54,199 bases of DNA from an uncultured virus (IMG/VR IMGVR_UViG_3300028569_000044) (IMGVR_UViG_3300028569_000044:1-54199), one strand, 5' to 3'; positions 1 to 10,633 are shown, counted from the first letter of the stretch. Numbers and translations are program-made. The notes: generated from the letters alone by a model not told the origin.

Positions 1-1
1 A

Positions 2-1744
2 ATTGGATCATTAGGTAGTAATAATTATCTTAATGTCTGTAGTTATCAAGGTATTGTTTTTAATGTTCAAAATGCGGGATTCGGTTCTCAAGCTGTTAGA
101 ATGCTTATTGATGTTAATGGTAATGTTGGTATTGGCACAAGTAGTCCTGCTTATAAGTTGGAAGTAAATGGTAGTTTATATGCTACCCGATTGAGTGGTA
201 GTGCAATGTTTACAACCAATGGTAAAGGTAGATTTTATGGTACCGCTAGTTATGCTTTAGCAAGTGCTGGTGGTGGAGGTGGTAGTAGTTTAACTGGTCA
301 GACTGATAGTGCAAGTCCATATGAAACATCATTGGGTTATCAAGCGGGAAATGTTAATACTGGATTAGCAATTACCGCTATTGGTTATCAAGCATTAGCT
401 CTTAATACAACTGGATATCAAAACAGTGCATTTGGATATAAAACTTTAACATCCGCCACATTTGGTAGATACAATACGGCTGTAGGATCATTTGCATTAC
501 AAAATACTACGGAGGCTTATAGAAACAACGCATTTGGTGATAATACTTTACGAAACAATACAACTGGAAATGATAATAGTGCGTTTGGTAGAAATGCTTT
601 AAAATATAATACCTATGGATTTGCTAATACGGCTGTAGGTAATCAAGCTTTAGAAGCTAACACAACTGGTTACAAAAATACTTCAGTGGGTAATAGAACA
701 ATGGAAGGATGTACATCAGGTTTCAATAACTCTGCGTTTGGTTATCAAGCGCTTACTTTTGCTTCGGGCAATGAAAATTCAGCATTTGGCTATCAGGCTT
801 TACTATTAAATACTACCAGTTACAATAGTGCATTTGGTAGTCGTGCTTTACGATCCAATACAACCGGTATTAATAGTGCATTTGGTTATAAATCATTATT
901 TTCTAATACAACTGGTAATTTTAATAGTTCGTTTGGTTACAAATCATTACAGTATAACACTATTGGTGTTAGCAACAACGCATTTGGATTTAAATCGTTG
1001 AATGCAAATACCACGGGTGCTAGAAGCATAGCGTTTGGTACTGAAGCTTTATCGATCAATACTACTGGAATAGATAATAGTGGTGTAGGATACAGAGCTC
1101 TATATCTTAATGTAAGTGGAAATTACAATTCAGGATTTGGATCATATGCATTGTATAATAATAAAGGATCAAACAATACATCGGTAGGATTTAATGCTTT
1201 GGCCTTTAATACCACAGGCACACAAAATACAGTAGTTGGAACTCAAGCAGGCACTTCAATTACAACTGGTACAAATCTAACGGTAATAGGTTATAATGCA
1301 CAAGCAAGTGCAGCTACAGCAACAAATCAAATAACTTTAGGTAACAGTAGTGTAGCAACATTACGTTGTCAAGTAACTACTATAACCGCTTTATCAGACT
1401 TTAGAGATAAAACCGATATTACTGACATTCAACTCGGTCTAAGTTTTGTAGAGAAATTAAGACCTGTAACCTTCAAATGGGATAGAAGAGAATGGTACAC
1501 TGACGGTAATAGAGATGGTAGCAAAAAAGATAGTGTCATACAAGCTGGATTTATTGCACAAGAATTAAAAGCACTTCAAGAAGAAGAAGGTGTAGAATTT
1601 TTAAAATTAGTATATGAGGATAACCCAGATAAGTTAGAAGCTACCCCAGGCAATTTGTTGATACCGCTTATCAAAGCGGTACAAGAATTGAGTACAAAAG
1701 TCAAAACACTAGAAGCTAAGGTTCAAATTTTGGAATCTAAATAA
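2..1744 (+). CDS. Tail fibre/tailspike-like protein with C-terminal intramolecular chaperone (peptidase S74-like); 5'-partial
   Basis: Frame is open from position 2. GNVGIGTSSP..KLEVNG motif, many ~14-aa N-x-A-F-G-x-x-A-L-x-x-N-T-T-G repeats, C-terminal SDxRxK...LRPVTFKW...GFIAQE...LIKAVQEL coiled coil. Confidence 0.85.
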   Translation: MGSLGSNNYLNVCSYQGIVFNVQNAGFGSQAVRMLIDVNGNVGIGTSSPAYKLEVNGSLYATRLSGSAMFTTNGKGRFYGTASYALASAGGGGGSSLTGQTDSASPYETSLGYQAGNVNTGLAITAIGYQALALNTTGYQNSAFGYKTLTSATFGRYNTAVGSFALQNTTEAYRNNAFGDNTLRNNTTGNDNSAFGRNALKYNTYGFANTAVGNQALEANTTGYKNTSVGNRTMEGCTSGFNNSAFGYQALTFASGNENSAFGYQALLLNTTSYNSAFGSRALRSNTTGINSAFGYKSLFSNTTGNFNSSFGYKSLQYNTIGVSNNAFGFKSLNANTTGARSIAFGTEALSINTTGIDNSGVGYRALYLNVSGNYNSGFGSYALYNNKGSNNTSVGFNALAFNTTGTQNTVVGTQAGTSITTGTNLTVIGYNAQASAATATNQITLGNSSVATLRCQVTTITALSDFRDKTDITDIQLGLSFVEKLRPVTFKWDRREWYTDGNRDGSKKDSVIQAGFIAQELKALQEEEGVEFLKLVYEDNPDKLEATPGNLLIPLIKAVQELSTKVKTLEAKVQILESK

Positions 1745-1778
1745 AACAAATAGATACTTATTATTAAAGATATAATAT

Positions 1779-2420
1779 ATGAGCGAAAACGTACCTACAA
1801 TTACATGGAAAGTCACAAATCTTGACTGTTATCCAAAATATGATCAAGAAACCGATGTGGTATTTACTGTACATTGGGACTGTCTAGGCAACATGACTGT
1901 TGCTACAGGCAGTTTAAGTAGTAGTGTATACAATAGTCGTGTATACGGTACAACAGGCGTTACCTATCACAGTGGTAGCGCATTTGTACCATATAGCCAA
2001 TTAACACAACCACAAGTGTTAAGTTGGGTATTTGATGCAATGGGAGTTGCGCAGAAAACAAGCATTGAAACTAGCGCTGCTAATTCAATTTATACACAAA
2101 TTGATCCTCCAGTAATTCAACCTCCTCTACCATGGTTACCAATATCTCCAACCATCACTCTACAACCCACTAGCCTAACTATTGGTACCGGTCAAGATGC
2201 AACATTTACATCTGAAGCTACTGGTAGCATACCATTAAATTATCAATGGTTCAAGAATAGTAGCGCAATCTCAGGTTCCACATCCAACACACTAACAATT
2301 GTAAGTGCTTCATTTAGTGATGCGGCAAGTTACTTTGCTAGTATAAATAATGCTGGTGGTAGTGTTACCACAAACACTGTCACATTAACTGTGACTGGTA
2401 GTTTACCTCCTGGTCCATAA
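1779..2420 (+). CDS. Tail-associated protein with C-terminal Ig-like (I-set) domain
   Basis: PTITLQP...ATFTSEATGSIPLNYQWFKN...LTI....SDAASY..SINN..GSVT pattern; follows the tail fibre gene. Confidence 0.7.
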   Translation: MSENVPTITWKVTNLDCYPKYDQETDVVFTVHWDCLGNMTVATGSLSSSVYNSRVYGTTGVTYHSGSAFVPYSQLTQPQVLSWVFDAMGVAQKTSIETSAANSIYTQIDPPVIQPPLPWLPISPTITLQPTSLTIGTGQDATFTSEATGSIPLNYQWFKNSSAISGSTSNTLTIVSASFSDAASYFASINNAGGSVTTNTVTLTVTGSLPPGP

Positions 2421-2469
2421 GTTTGAAATAAAATAAATCCAAATAGATACATTCTACCTAGTTAAATAT

Positions 2470-3294
2470 ATGGTAGAAAAAATATTTTTTCAATGTTCGC
2501 TGCCTCGGGCTGGTTCAACACTTTTACAAAATGTGTTGGCACAAAATCCTGATTTTTATGCTACTCCAACCAGTGGATTGATTGAAATATTTCTCAATGC
2601 TAGAAACATCTATTCCACTAATATTGAGTTTAAAGCTCAAGATATTAATGTAGTTGAACCGGCGTTTAAAGCATTATGTAAAGAAGGCATGTTTGCTTAT
2701 TTTAATGCTATTACTGACAAAAAGTATGTAATTGACAAGAGTAGAGGTTGGAGCGTAACCTATGACTTTTTGAATTGGTATTATCCAGATCCTAAAGTTA
2801 TTGTGATGGTAAGAGATTTGAGAGCGGTTGTTGCTAGTATGGAGAAGAAGTGGAGACAACATCAAAACATTGATGCGGGTTTACAAAATTGGAATGAATT
2901 GAGAAACACAACTGTAGACAAACGTATAGATTACTTTTTACTACAAGCCCCCCCACTTGCTGTGAGCATGGATGTGTTGTATGATACAATCATGAGAAAG
3001 CTGAGCAAGAAATGTTTGTTTATCAAGTTCGAAAACTTTACTAGCAATCCTCAACGTGAAATGGAACGTGTATATGAATACTTGGGGTTACCATTTTATC
3101 AACACGATTTTAATAATGTAGAACAAAAGACGGTTGAAGATGATAGAATGCACATTCCATTTGGAGATCATAGTATTCAAAGAGTTGTTAAACCAGTGCC
3201 AAATGATTATTTGGAAGTGCTTGGCAAACACAATTGTGATAACATATATAATAGATTTGCTTGGTTCTATAAAGCATTCAATTATGAGTATTAA
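2470..3294 (+). CDS. Sulfotransferase family protein
   Basis: 5'-PSB loop LPRAGSTLL and 3'-PB motif VRDLRAVVAS. Confidence 0.85.
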   Translation: MVEKIFFQCSLPRAGSTLLQNVLAQNPDFYATPTSGLIEIFLNARNIYSTNIEFKAQDINVVEPAFKALCKEGMFAYFNAITDKKYVIDKSRGWSVTYDFLNWYYPDPKVIVMVRDLRAVVASMEKKWRQHQNIDAGLQNWNELRNTTVDKRIDYFLLQAPPLAVSMDVLYDTIMRKLSKKCLFIKFENFTSNPQREMERVYEYLGLPFYQHDFNNVEQKTVEDDRMHIPFGDHSIQRVVKPVPNDYLEVLGKHNCDNIYNRFAWFYKAFNYEY

Positions 3295-3350
3295 AATTAG
3301 ATTTTTCGATCAATTAGTAATATTTATTAGTAACATTTAAAACATTTTTT

Positions 3351-3536
3351 ATGGAAGAACAAAAACAGATTACATTAGCAGATTTAAACATCGTTCAATT
3401 AAAAGCAATTGCTTATGATGAAATTGTCAAGTTGAACGTGTCACAAAACAATTTACGAGTTCTAAATCAAGAACTAAGTAATCGCCAACAACAAGGTGTT
3501 GAAGGCGCATCTCCAGTTACACAATCACAACAATAA
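3351..3536 (+). CDS. Small coiled-coil protein, paralog of next ORF
   Basis: Shares LxDL..VxLK..AYDE......QxNLR.LNQE..NR with 3546..3752. Confidence 0.7.
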   Translation: MEEQKQITLADLNIVQLKAIAYDEIVKLNVSQNNLRVLNQELSNRQQQGVEGASPVTQSQQ

Positions 3537-3545
3537 AATAAAGTT

Positions 3546-3752
3546 ATGGAAAAGAAATTATCTGATCTAACAGTCGTCGAACTCAAGAGTCTTGCTTATG
3601 ATGAACTTGCTCGTGTTGAACAAGCTCAATCAAATCTACGAATTCTAAATCAAGAAATTGGTAATCGTGTTCAACAAGCACAACAAACTCAACAAGGATC
3701 TTTTACCGCACCAGTGAGTGCTGATGACAGCGGTACAGAAGTAACAGTATAA
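3546..3752 (+). CDS. Small coiled-coil protein, paralog of previous ORF
   Basis: Same conserved motif as 3351..3536. Confidence 0.7.
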   Translation: MEKKLSDLTVVELKSLAYDELARVEQAQSNLRILNQEIGNRVQQAQQTQQGSFTAPVSADDSGTEVTV

Positions 3753-3776
3753 CAACAAAACATTATAACATAACAT

Positions 3777-4055
3777 ATGACAACAACATCAGGCTACCCA
3801 GTCATCAACTTAACAGGTAGTTTATTAATTCAACCAGCAGCAACAACCAACCAAATTGAAATTCTTCAAGCGGTTGATGATCCTGTTGGTCAAACTGTAA
3901 AATCATTGGTCAAAATCAGTACCAATCCATATGCTCATAACTGGTATACCGTATGGTCAGGTGCTAGTTACGTAGCAATTGGTAACTGGACAGATCAAGA
4001 CTTACAAGATGCAGTAGTAGCACTTGTGACAGCTGAATATCCTCCGGTCCCATAA
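3777..4055 (+). CDS. Hypothetical protein (possibly tail-associated)
   Basis: 92 aa ORF in the + strand operon, followed by a terminator. Confidence 0.6.
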   Translation: MTTTSGYPVINLTGSLLIQPAATTNQIEILQAVDDPVGQTVKSLVKISTNPYAHNWYTVWSGASYVAIGNWTDQDLQDAVVALVTAEYPPVP

Positions 4056-4101
4056 TTGTAAATATACATTTGACAAAATGTTGGTTATGTTATAAACTTA
4101 A

Positions 4102-4136
4102 TCCCAAGAGTGTGATGCTCTTGGGACTTTTGTTTT
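4102..4136 (+). terminator. Rho-independent terminator
   Basis: TCCCAAGAG/CTCTTGGGA stem followed by CTTTTGTTTT. Confidence 0.75.
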
Positions 4137-4163
4137 ATACTAAAGTAGAAACGTTATATTATT

Positions 4164-4940
4164 ATGAAAAAGAAATTAAAGGTTTTGATTGGAACTCCAT
4201 CCTATGATGGTAAACTAGACATCTACTACATTGATAGTCTATTAAATACACTAGCACAAAGTGAACAAAATGGAGTAGAAGTATATCAATTGTTTATGTG
4301 TTATGATAGTTTGGTACAACGAGCTCGTAACGATCTATTCAAAGCAGCTTATGATGCTCAAATGGATATGTTAATTTTCATCGATGGAGATGTTGGATGG
4401 GATCCTAAAAACTTCTTCAAACTTGTTAAGAGTGATAAAGATATAATTGGGGGTAGTTATCGTAAAAAGAATGATAACGAAGAACTCTACGTTGTCAAAG
4501 CACTTGATCAAAGTGATAAAAGTCTCAATCTAAATATTGATAAAGATGGTTTGCTTGAAGTTGCTGGATTGGGTTGTGGTTTTGTGAAGATTTCAAGAAA
4601 GGCTATTGACTATCTATGGAACAACAGTAAGAAGTATACCAGCGAAAAAGGCGATAGCAGAATGGTATTTGAAGTGGTTTGTGAAGATGGTGATCTAATC
4701 AGTGAAGACATCTATATGTGTAAGAAGTGGAGAGATGCTGGTAATAAGGTTTATTTGGATAGTCATATTACTTGTACTCATACCGGCGCTAAAACATATG
4801 TTGGAGATGTACATGCTTGGTTACAAAAATTTATATCACAACAATCAGGTACCAAGCCCCCCTCCGTACAAGGGGATCTCAGCAGTTATTTCAAGAATAG
4901 CCCCCCTAGTGGCGACGATGACTTTAAAGTGCTTGTATGA
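4164..4940 (+). CDS. GT-A fold glycosyltransferase-like protein
   Basis: GTPSY..., RARN, FIDGD (DxD), GCGF, SEDIYMC motifs. Confidence 0.7.
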   Translation: MKKKLKVLIGTPSYDGKLDIYYIDSLLNTLAQSEQNGVEVYQLFMCYDSLVQRARNDLFKAAYDAQMDMLIFIDGDVGWDPKNFFKLVKSDKDIIGGSYRKKNDNEELYVVKALDQSDKSLNLNIDKDGLLEVAGLGCGFVKISRKAIDYLWNNSKKYTSEKGDSRMVFEVVCEDGDLISEDIYMCKKWRDAGNKVYLDSHITCTHTGAKTYVGDVHAWLQKFISQQSGTKPPSVQGDLSSYFKNSPPSGDDDFKVLV

Positions 4941-5902
4941 ACACCATTTATGCTGATGTGATACTGTTTGACAGTATCGGTATGAGTTATGACGGTAACA
5001 CACTACATACTCAAGGTATGGGTGGTAGTGAGTTTCAAGCTATTCTACTTTTAGAAGAATTGGCTAAATTGGGTAAGAGTGTAATTTGTTTAAATAATGT
5101 TACTGAACAAAAGAAAATTAATGGGGTAATGTATCTACCAAATACATCTGTTAATCAATATCAGTTTCAATGTAAGAACTTAATTATACATCGTTATAGT
5201 GATATACCCAAGATAGCACATAAAAAAGCATTTGTGTGGGCTACTGATCTAAATGGACCACACAATTTGAAGTTCTATACTTTATTTGAACAAAACAAAT
5301 TGGAGTTGATTTGTTTGAGTGAATTTCAAGCCAATCAATTTCCAGGCAATTGGACAAAACATGTAATTTACTTTATGATTCCAGATTGGGTATATGATTA
5401 TAAATTACCACAAGAAAAATCTGGGTATGTATATGCTAGTAGTTTAATGAAAGGTTATAGTGGTACGTTAGAATATTGGAAGTTTCTAAAGACTAACGGC
5501 GTGTTTAATGGTAAACAGTTAAATGTTTGTTTGCCAGGCTATGACAATCCTTCATCCGACATTAGTATGCCTATATATGATATAAATTATTTGAATACGC
5601 TACCTTTTAAGGATGTAGTTGATGTGATAGCTAAATGTGAGGGTATGTTTTATGTCAATATTATGCCTGAGACGTTTGGAATAAGTGTAGTTTTAGCTGA
5701 AATTCTCCAGTCTACCCCATACGTATTGGGTTTGAACGGATTGGGAGCATTGCCAGAACTGCTTCATAGTAAGACATTAACTACAGATATGAGAACCTTC
5801 ATCAATTATTTCAAAAATGAAAAGTCCCAGCCAGTTAAGGCTAGGACATTCAAGAGTGAAATGGTTATGAAACGATGGAAAAAAGTATTGGACCTTGTTT
5901 AA
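4937..5902 (+). CDS. GT-B fold glycosyltransferase (family 4-like)
   Basis: N-terminal GMGGSE and C-terminal PETFGISVVLAE...GALPE. Confidence 0.7.
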   Translation: MNTIYADVILFDSIGMSYDGNTLHTQGMGGSEFQAILLLEELAKLGKSVICLNNVTEQKKINGVMYLPNTSVNQYQFQCKNLIIHRYSDIPKIAHKKAFVWATDLNGPHNLKFYTLFEQNKLELICLSEFQANQFPGNWTKHVIYFMIPDWVYDYKLPQEKSGYVYASSLMKGYSGTLEYWKFLKTNGVFNGKQLNVCLPGYDNPSSDISMPIYDINYLNTLPFKDVVDVIAKCEGMFYVNIMPETFGISVVLAEILQSTPYVLGLNGLGALPELLHSKTLTTDMRTFINYFKNEKSQPVKARTFKSEMVMKRWKKVLDLV

Positions 5903-6546
5903 GGTTTAATAAACAACAAATTCTCGTAAGTGATTTGTTGACCACTAGTTACACTTTCAATACAACGGATGTAATCGAATTTAAGTTCTTTAGTTAGAAC
6001 ATTCATTACATCCTCTTTTTTGCATCCGCCAATATTAATATCAATTAAAGCAACTTCACAAATGATCACTTTAGCTTTACTAAAAGTATTTATACCGCCA
6101 CGGATAATGTCTAGTTCACTGCCTTGAGTATCTATTTTGATAAGATCGTATGTACCCGTTACAACATCATCCAGTTTATAGACAGGCAAAGTTTCTGTGA
6201 TTAAATGTTCTCCTTCATAAAGAGGATTTACTTCTTTATAGATACTATTACCAGTACAAATGGGACTCCATTTGGTTTTGTAATAGGGAGTGGTACTATT
6301 ATCTTTACCCAACAGTTTTATTTGATAATTGTAATTTTTTAACTTGTAGACTGTTTCACATTCACTATTACCTTCAATTAACATGATATCGGATGCAGGC
6401 CAAAACTGCCGAAATACATCGGCAGTTTGACAAACACTTGCTCCAATATCTAATATTCTTTGTGGGGTAAATCCACTGTTCTTTAATAATTTACAAGTAT
6501 CTTCAAAGAAATCGTAGGTATAGTTACTAAGTTCATTTACTTTCAT
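5899..6546 (-). CDS. FkbM-family methyltransferase
   Basis: ILDIGA, LDD, LIKIDTQGSELDIIRG motifs; probable start MKVNEL at 6546. Confidence 0.85.
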   Translation of the reverse strand: MKVNELSNYTYDFFEDTCKLLKNSGFTPQRILDIGASVCQTADVFRQFWPASDIMLIEGNSECETVYKLKNYNYQIKLLGKDNSTTPYYKTKWSPICTGNSIYKEVNPLYEGEHLITETLPVYKLDDVVTGTYDLIKIDTQGSELDIIRGGINTFSKAKVIICEVALIDINIGGCKKEDVMNVLTKELKFDYIRCIESVTSGQQITYENLLFIKP

Positions 6547-6547
6547 A

Positions 6548-7390
6548 TTATAATAATATCCAACCTTTAACAACATTTCGTTTTCGATTGCATAATCCTG
6601 AAATGTTACTTTTTATATTAAATTCAGTTTTTAACTGATATTTTGTACAATATTTATGTAAATTTAAATTTTTATTGTAAAAGTGATAAATTGTAGGATC
6701 GTATGCTGGATTGTTAATACCTTTAGTTCTAATAGATAACTTTCTTGAAAATTCATCGCTCATTTTTCTACCTTTTAATTTTTTAGATATCAATTCTTTT
6801 GTCTCATTATTTCTAGTTTTTCCATATCCCCAATGTTTTTCACCTTTTCTTGAAAAACTCATTTTTGATTTAGCAATATTTGTATGTTTTCTTCCTCTAT
6901 TAGCGTTGCTTATTTTTTCTTTCATTTCTTCTGTTATTTTTAACTTAAAAGCATCGTATCTTTGATTATAATGACTATCAATTTTGTTTTCAAAATCGGA
7001 TTTTATCTTATCTAAATATATTTGTTCAAGTCTCAATAAATCATTTTTATTATCTACACATTCTACGGCGAGAAATTCAAACTCATGTTTTCCATATTTA
7101 TTCCAAGCATTTTGCAAATGATCGTTTTCATGTAAATTATTATTTAATTTATAACGATGTGTTATCCATCTTTTTCTAAAACAAACTGTACTTCCTATAT
7201 AATACTTACCACTTTGTTTATGTATTATTTTATATATCCCCCCTTTTTTTATAATATCTTTCAAGTGATTTTTCTCTACATCGTTTTTTATTTCGGTTGT
7301 AGTAACGCATTTGTCTGTCTTTCCGTGCTTGTAATTTTTCTGATTCGGTAATATACTTTCTCTTTCTTCCCATATAATAGTATCTTTCAT
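6548..7390 (-). CDS. GIY-YIG homing endonuclease with NUMOD3-like repeats
   Basis: GIYKI...YYIGS...RW..H...L....H.N..LQNAWNKYG; HT...K.KMS repeats; true start uncertain. Confidence 0.85.
   Translation of the reverse strand: MKDTIIWEERESILPNQKNYKHGKTDKCVTTTEIKNDVEKNHLKDIIKKGGIYKIIHKQSGKYYIGSTVCFRKRWITHRYKLNNNLHENDHLQNAWNKYGKHEFEFLAVECVDNKNDLLRLEQIYLDKIKSDFENKIDSHYNQRYDAFKLKITEEMKEKISNANRGRKHTNIAKSKMSFSRKGEKHWGYGKTRNNETKELISKKLKGRKMSDEFSRKLSIRTKGINNPAYDPTIYHFYNKNLNLHKYCTKYQLKTEFNIKSNISGLCNRKRNVVKGWILL
7230..7373 (-). CDS. 47 aa basic 'MGRK' leader ORF overlapping the GIY-YIG gene (not in ORF track)
   Basis: Hand translation MGRKRKYITESEKLQARKDRQMRYYNRNKKRCREKSLERYYKKRGDI*, similar to ORFs at 9808 and 13265. 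Confidence 0.65.
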   Translation of the reverse strand: MGRKRKYITESEKLQARKDRQMRYYNRNKKRCREKSLERYYKKRGDI

Positions 7391-7431
7391 GTTAATATAT
7401 ATTATATAAGTAGAGAAAAAGTAGAGAGAAA

Positions 7432-7698
7432 TTAATAAGTAGGATCTCCGTATATGTTATATTCACGGATTGGTTCTGGTACAATATCTTCTTCTACAGT
7501 CTTGATAACATATAGTTTGCTATCCATAGGAGCCAATCTATATTCACACTTTTGTTTGGTTTCCATGAAATAGGCTTCTAATGTTTCGGTTAGACTATTA
7601 TGTATAATTTTACGACTGTCGGTACGTAGTGTCCATCTATCGCCAGGTGGTACTCTAGTAGCAATCAATTCATTGTGTTCTGTAATTTTTGTAGCCAT
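7432..7698 (-). CDS. Hypothetical phage protein
   Basis: 88 aa ORF in tightly packed - strand run. Confidence 0.6.
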   Translation of the reverse strand: MATKITEHNELIATRVPPGDRWTLRTDSRKIIHNSLTETLEAYFMETKQKCEYRLAPMDSKLYVIKTVEEDIVPEPIREYNIYGDPTY

Positions 7699-7704
7699 AA
7701 TATA

Positions 7705-7986
7705 TTATCGGGGTTTGACAAAGAATATTTTGTGCATTCCTGTCATATAAAAAGTATTCAAATCCATATTCAACGCTTTGCCTTCTAACTCACCAGGCCA
7801 AAAGCCAGTCCATCTCGCAAATTGTTTATCGTGGTTTTCACAATCACAACCATATTTCTGACCACCACATTCACTGCATCTTTCAATGTCACACTTTTTC
7901 TTATGTGGTTTGCCAGCAACAACTTTGCAACTAAAACAATTGTCTAGTTCCACTTTCTGACACACTGGAGTTTGTTTCTTTTTCAT
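7705..7986 (-). CDS. Cys-rich hypothetical protein (putative Zn-binding)
   Basis: CxxC...H...C...CxxC.....CxC..H pattern. Confidence 0.6.
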   Translation of the reverse strand: MKKKQTPVCQKVELDNCFSCKVVAGKPHKKKCDIERCSECGGQKYGCDCENHDKQFARWTGFWPGELEGKALNMDLNTFYMTGMHKIFFVKPR

Positions 7987-7988
7987 AA

Positions 7989-9729
7989 TTAACAACAATG
8001 ACCCTTTTTATCATCTGCGGTAAAACTATTAAGATGATAATTACTGGCACGTATATCACGTAATCCATATAGTTCTCGGTACATATCGTATACAATATGA
8101 TCCAAATCTTTTACTGTCATAGGAATGCTTTTGGTCTTATCTACTTCTTGCATTTTTAAACAATATTTTTTGATAATAGAATCAATTTGTAAATCAACAA
8201 TTTGTTCTTTCATCAATTTTTAGTAGTGTTAATTATTTTACCGTCACAATTATAATAGGCTCTATAATAATTGGTGTAAATCTTATACACAGTATTAGTT
8301 GACGGTTCAATCATACTATAAGTAATATATTGATTATTAATAGCGTGTACCTTGCTACAATCTGGTAGATTTTCTAACGCTCTATTATAACTATATCTTA
8401 GATACATTCCACTGGCACAACCAGTACACAACAATACGATAATCAATAAATTCTTCATTCTGTTAACTCACGTTCTTCCACTGAATAATTATGACTGTCT
8501 TTGTACATATCACGATATTTTTCAGCATTTTCTTTCTTGAGATACACCTTCTCAATCGCCAGATCGTTTCCTCTATATGACATAATTAGATATACCTTAA
8601 GCTTTGGTGGCTCTACTGTCATAGCAGTCAAAAGAATTGCTGCTAGCCCCCCCACTATAATTTTATTAAAATGATTCATATTTGCTTAGTTTGTTCTTAT
8701 AACGTTGAATGATAATGTGATCTTCATCCATATGATTGTTAGCTTTAACTATTTCTTTACTGAAACGTTCCACTTCATCACATAGATAACGAATATCTTC
8801 ACATAGTTTTGCATCAATTGAAACATTACAATTATTGCTTGTGAATTCTCGTAGTCTACTAATTACTTCTTTGTTAGTCTTCATTTGCTGAATAAATTAT
8901 TTTGTCAACTGTAATACCCTTCTTAGAAGATTTGGGACCATATAATGCTCCATATTGATTTCTGCTATTGATGTAAGTGATTAAATCTTTCTTAATAACT
9001 TCAGCATCAAGATCATCAAAATTTGCGGGTAGGTTAACTTTTAAATAATATTTTGGTTTACTCATAGAATTTTACCAGTGATGTATAATGTTTACGATAA
9101 CAAAAGCGCATGTAATAAAGTTTACCAGAACAATGGTGAACCTCAAGATAAAACTAGCAAGAGCATAATTTACAGGTAGTACAGGCACATCTGGCTTACA
9201 TTCATCTGTAACACCTACACGATGGTCAATTGTTCTTGCTAACGTTAAGAAAAATTTATTGGTCGTCATTTTCGTTGGTAAGAATAAAAAATCCACTAAT
9301 CATTAGTATCAATCCAACAATACACAATACATAATATACTGTATCAACATTCATATAATGAGAAACCTCACAATTTGCAGATCACCATACTCATTCTTTG
9401 TTTCAAGAATTACATCAGGATGAGGCCGGTCACAGCTAAGATATACCTTAGCATTAGGAATATTCAATTCCTTAATCATCTTCTTTTCCACTGCGTTTTT
9501 AACCCAATCAATAATATCTTTTGTGTTTACATTAGCCATAATTTTAATTTCCCATCCAATTGCTTACATTCTCAGGTCCATTTTGCGTATGAATACCCAA
9601 ATACTTTACTTTGGTTAAATTCATAGGCATCTTGATTCGTTTCCAATCCCATAATGATGGCAAATCACTGTCATCATCTGATTCCCATTCAATGTCCAAT
9701 ATAATTCTAGCAGTTTTTGTTTCATTCAT
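7989..9729 (-). other. Run of eight small hypothetical ORFs (7989-8216, 8213-8458 lipoprotein-like, 8455-8679, 8666-8884, 8874-9065, 9072-9296, 9351-9539, 9544-9729)
   Basis: Abutting or overlapping start/stop codons on one strand; 8213-8458 has a signal peptide with LCTGC lipobox-like motif. Confidence 0.55.
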
Positions 9730-9807
9730 AATTCCATAATACAACGAAAATGATTTAAGTCAAGATTTTTTGACGTTTTATTCTATGACAAACTATTTAT
9801 TATTGTT

Positions 9808-9963
9808 ATGGGGAGAAAAAAATTAAACAAAACTAAAGATGAATTACTTGAACAACAACGAAATCGTGCAAAAAGATATTATCAACGACACAAGCAAAGA
9901 CTTAACAAAAAATCAATGCAGAAATATTGGGAAAATAAGCGGAATTTACAAAATAGTAAATAA
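9808..9963 (+). CDS. 51 aa basic 'MGRK' leader ORF overlapping the GIY-YIG gene (not in ORF track)
   Basis: MGRKKLNKTKDELLEQQRNRAKRYYQRHKQRLNKKSMQKYWENKRNLQNSK*; ATG follows TATTTAT motif; differences from the 13265 copy are mostly synonymous in this frame. Confidence 0.75.
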   Translation: MGRKKLNKTKDELLEQQRNRAKRYYQRHKQRLNKKSMQKYWENKRNLQNSK

Positions 9964-10633
9964 AATTGATGGGAAATATTACGTTGGTAGTAGTAAACAT
10001 ATCTATAAAAGATGGAACGCACATGTGCGTTTATTGAATAACAATTGTCATCATAATGATTATTTACAAAATGTTTGGAAAAAGTATGGTAGTAATGCAT
10101 TTGGATTTACAATAGTTGAAGTAACAACTTATGATGAAACATTTTTGATTGAACAAAAGTATTTAGATATAGCAAAGTTGGAACAAGATAAATGTTATAA
10201 TTTAAACTTTGAATCTAAAGGTGGATGTGTAAGTAACTATACAAAAGAAAAAATGAGATTAATCAAAATTAATCATTATAAAAATCCAGAAAATAGAAAA
10301 AAGATAAGTTTAAAATTAAAAGGAATCCCTCTTTCTGAGGAAACAAAGAGAAAAATGAGTATATCAAGAACCGGAGAAAAACATTTTCGTTATGGTAAAA
10401 AACTTACACTTGAACATAAAAATAAATTGAGTGAATCTCATAAAGGCACTAAAAATCCGTGGAGTGATAGAAATATTTATATTTGTTATAATGAATTAAC
10501 AAAAATAAAAGTTACAGGCACACGATATGAACTAAGTAAATTAATGAATTTAAAGCAAGATACCACTAATTATTTAATAAGAAAACAAACTAAAAAAACC
10601 CGTTGTGGATGGGTATTAATTGATCATTCATAA
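9839..10633 (+). CDS. GIY-YIG homing endonuclease with NUMOD3-like repeats
   Basis: SGIYKI...YYVGSS...RW..H; LSEETKRKMS and EHKNKLSES repeats. Confidence 0.88.
   Translation: MNYLNNNEIVQKDIINDTSKDLTKNQCRNIGKISGIYKIVNKIDGKYYVGSSKHIYKRWNAHVRLLNNNCHHNDYLQNVWKKYGSNAFGFTIVEVTTYDETFLIEQKYLDIAKLEQDKCYNLNFESKGGCVSNYTKEKMRLIKINHYKNPENRKKISLKLKGIPLSEETKRKMSISRTGEKHFRYGKKLTLEHKNKLSESHKGTKNPWSDRNIYICYNELTKIKVTGTRYELSKLMNLKQDTTNYLIRKQTKKTRCGWVLIDHS

Noticed and set aside
6548-7431. Orphan gene terminus beside this GIY-YIG gene
   Set aside because: No duplicated end of either neighbour was recognisable
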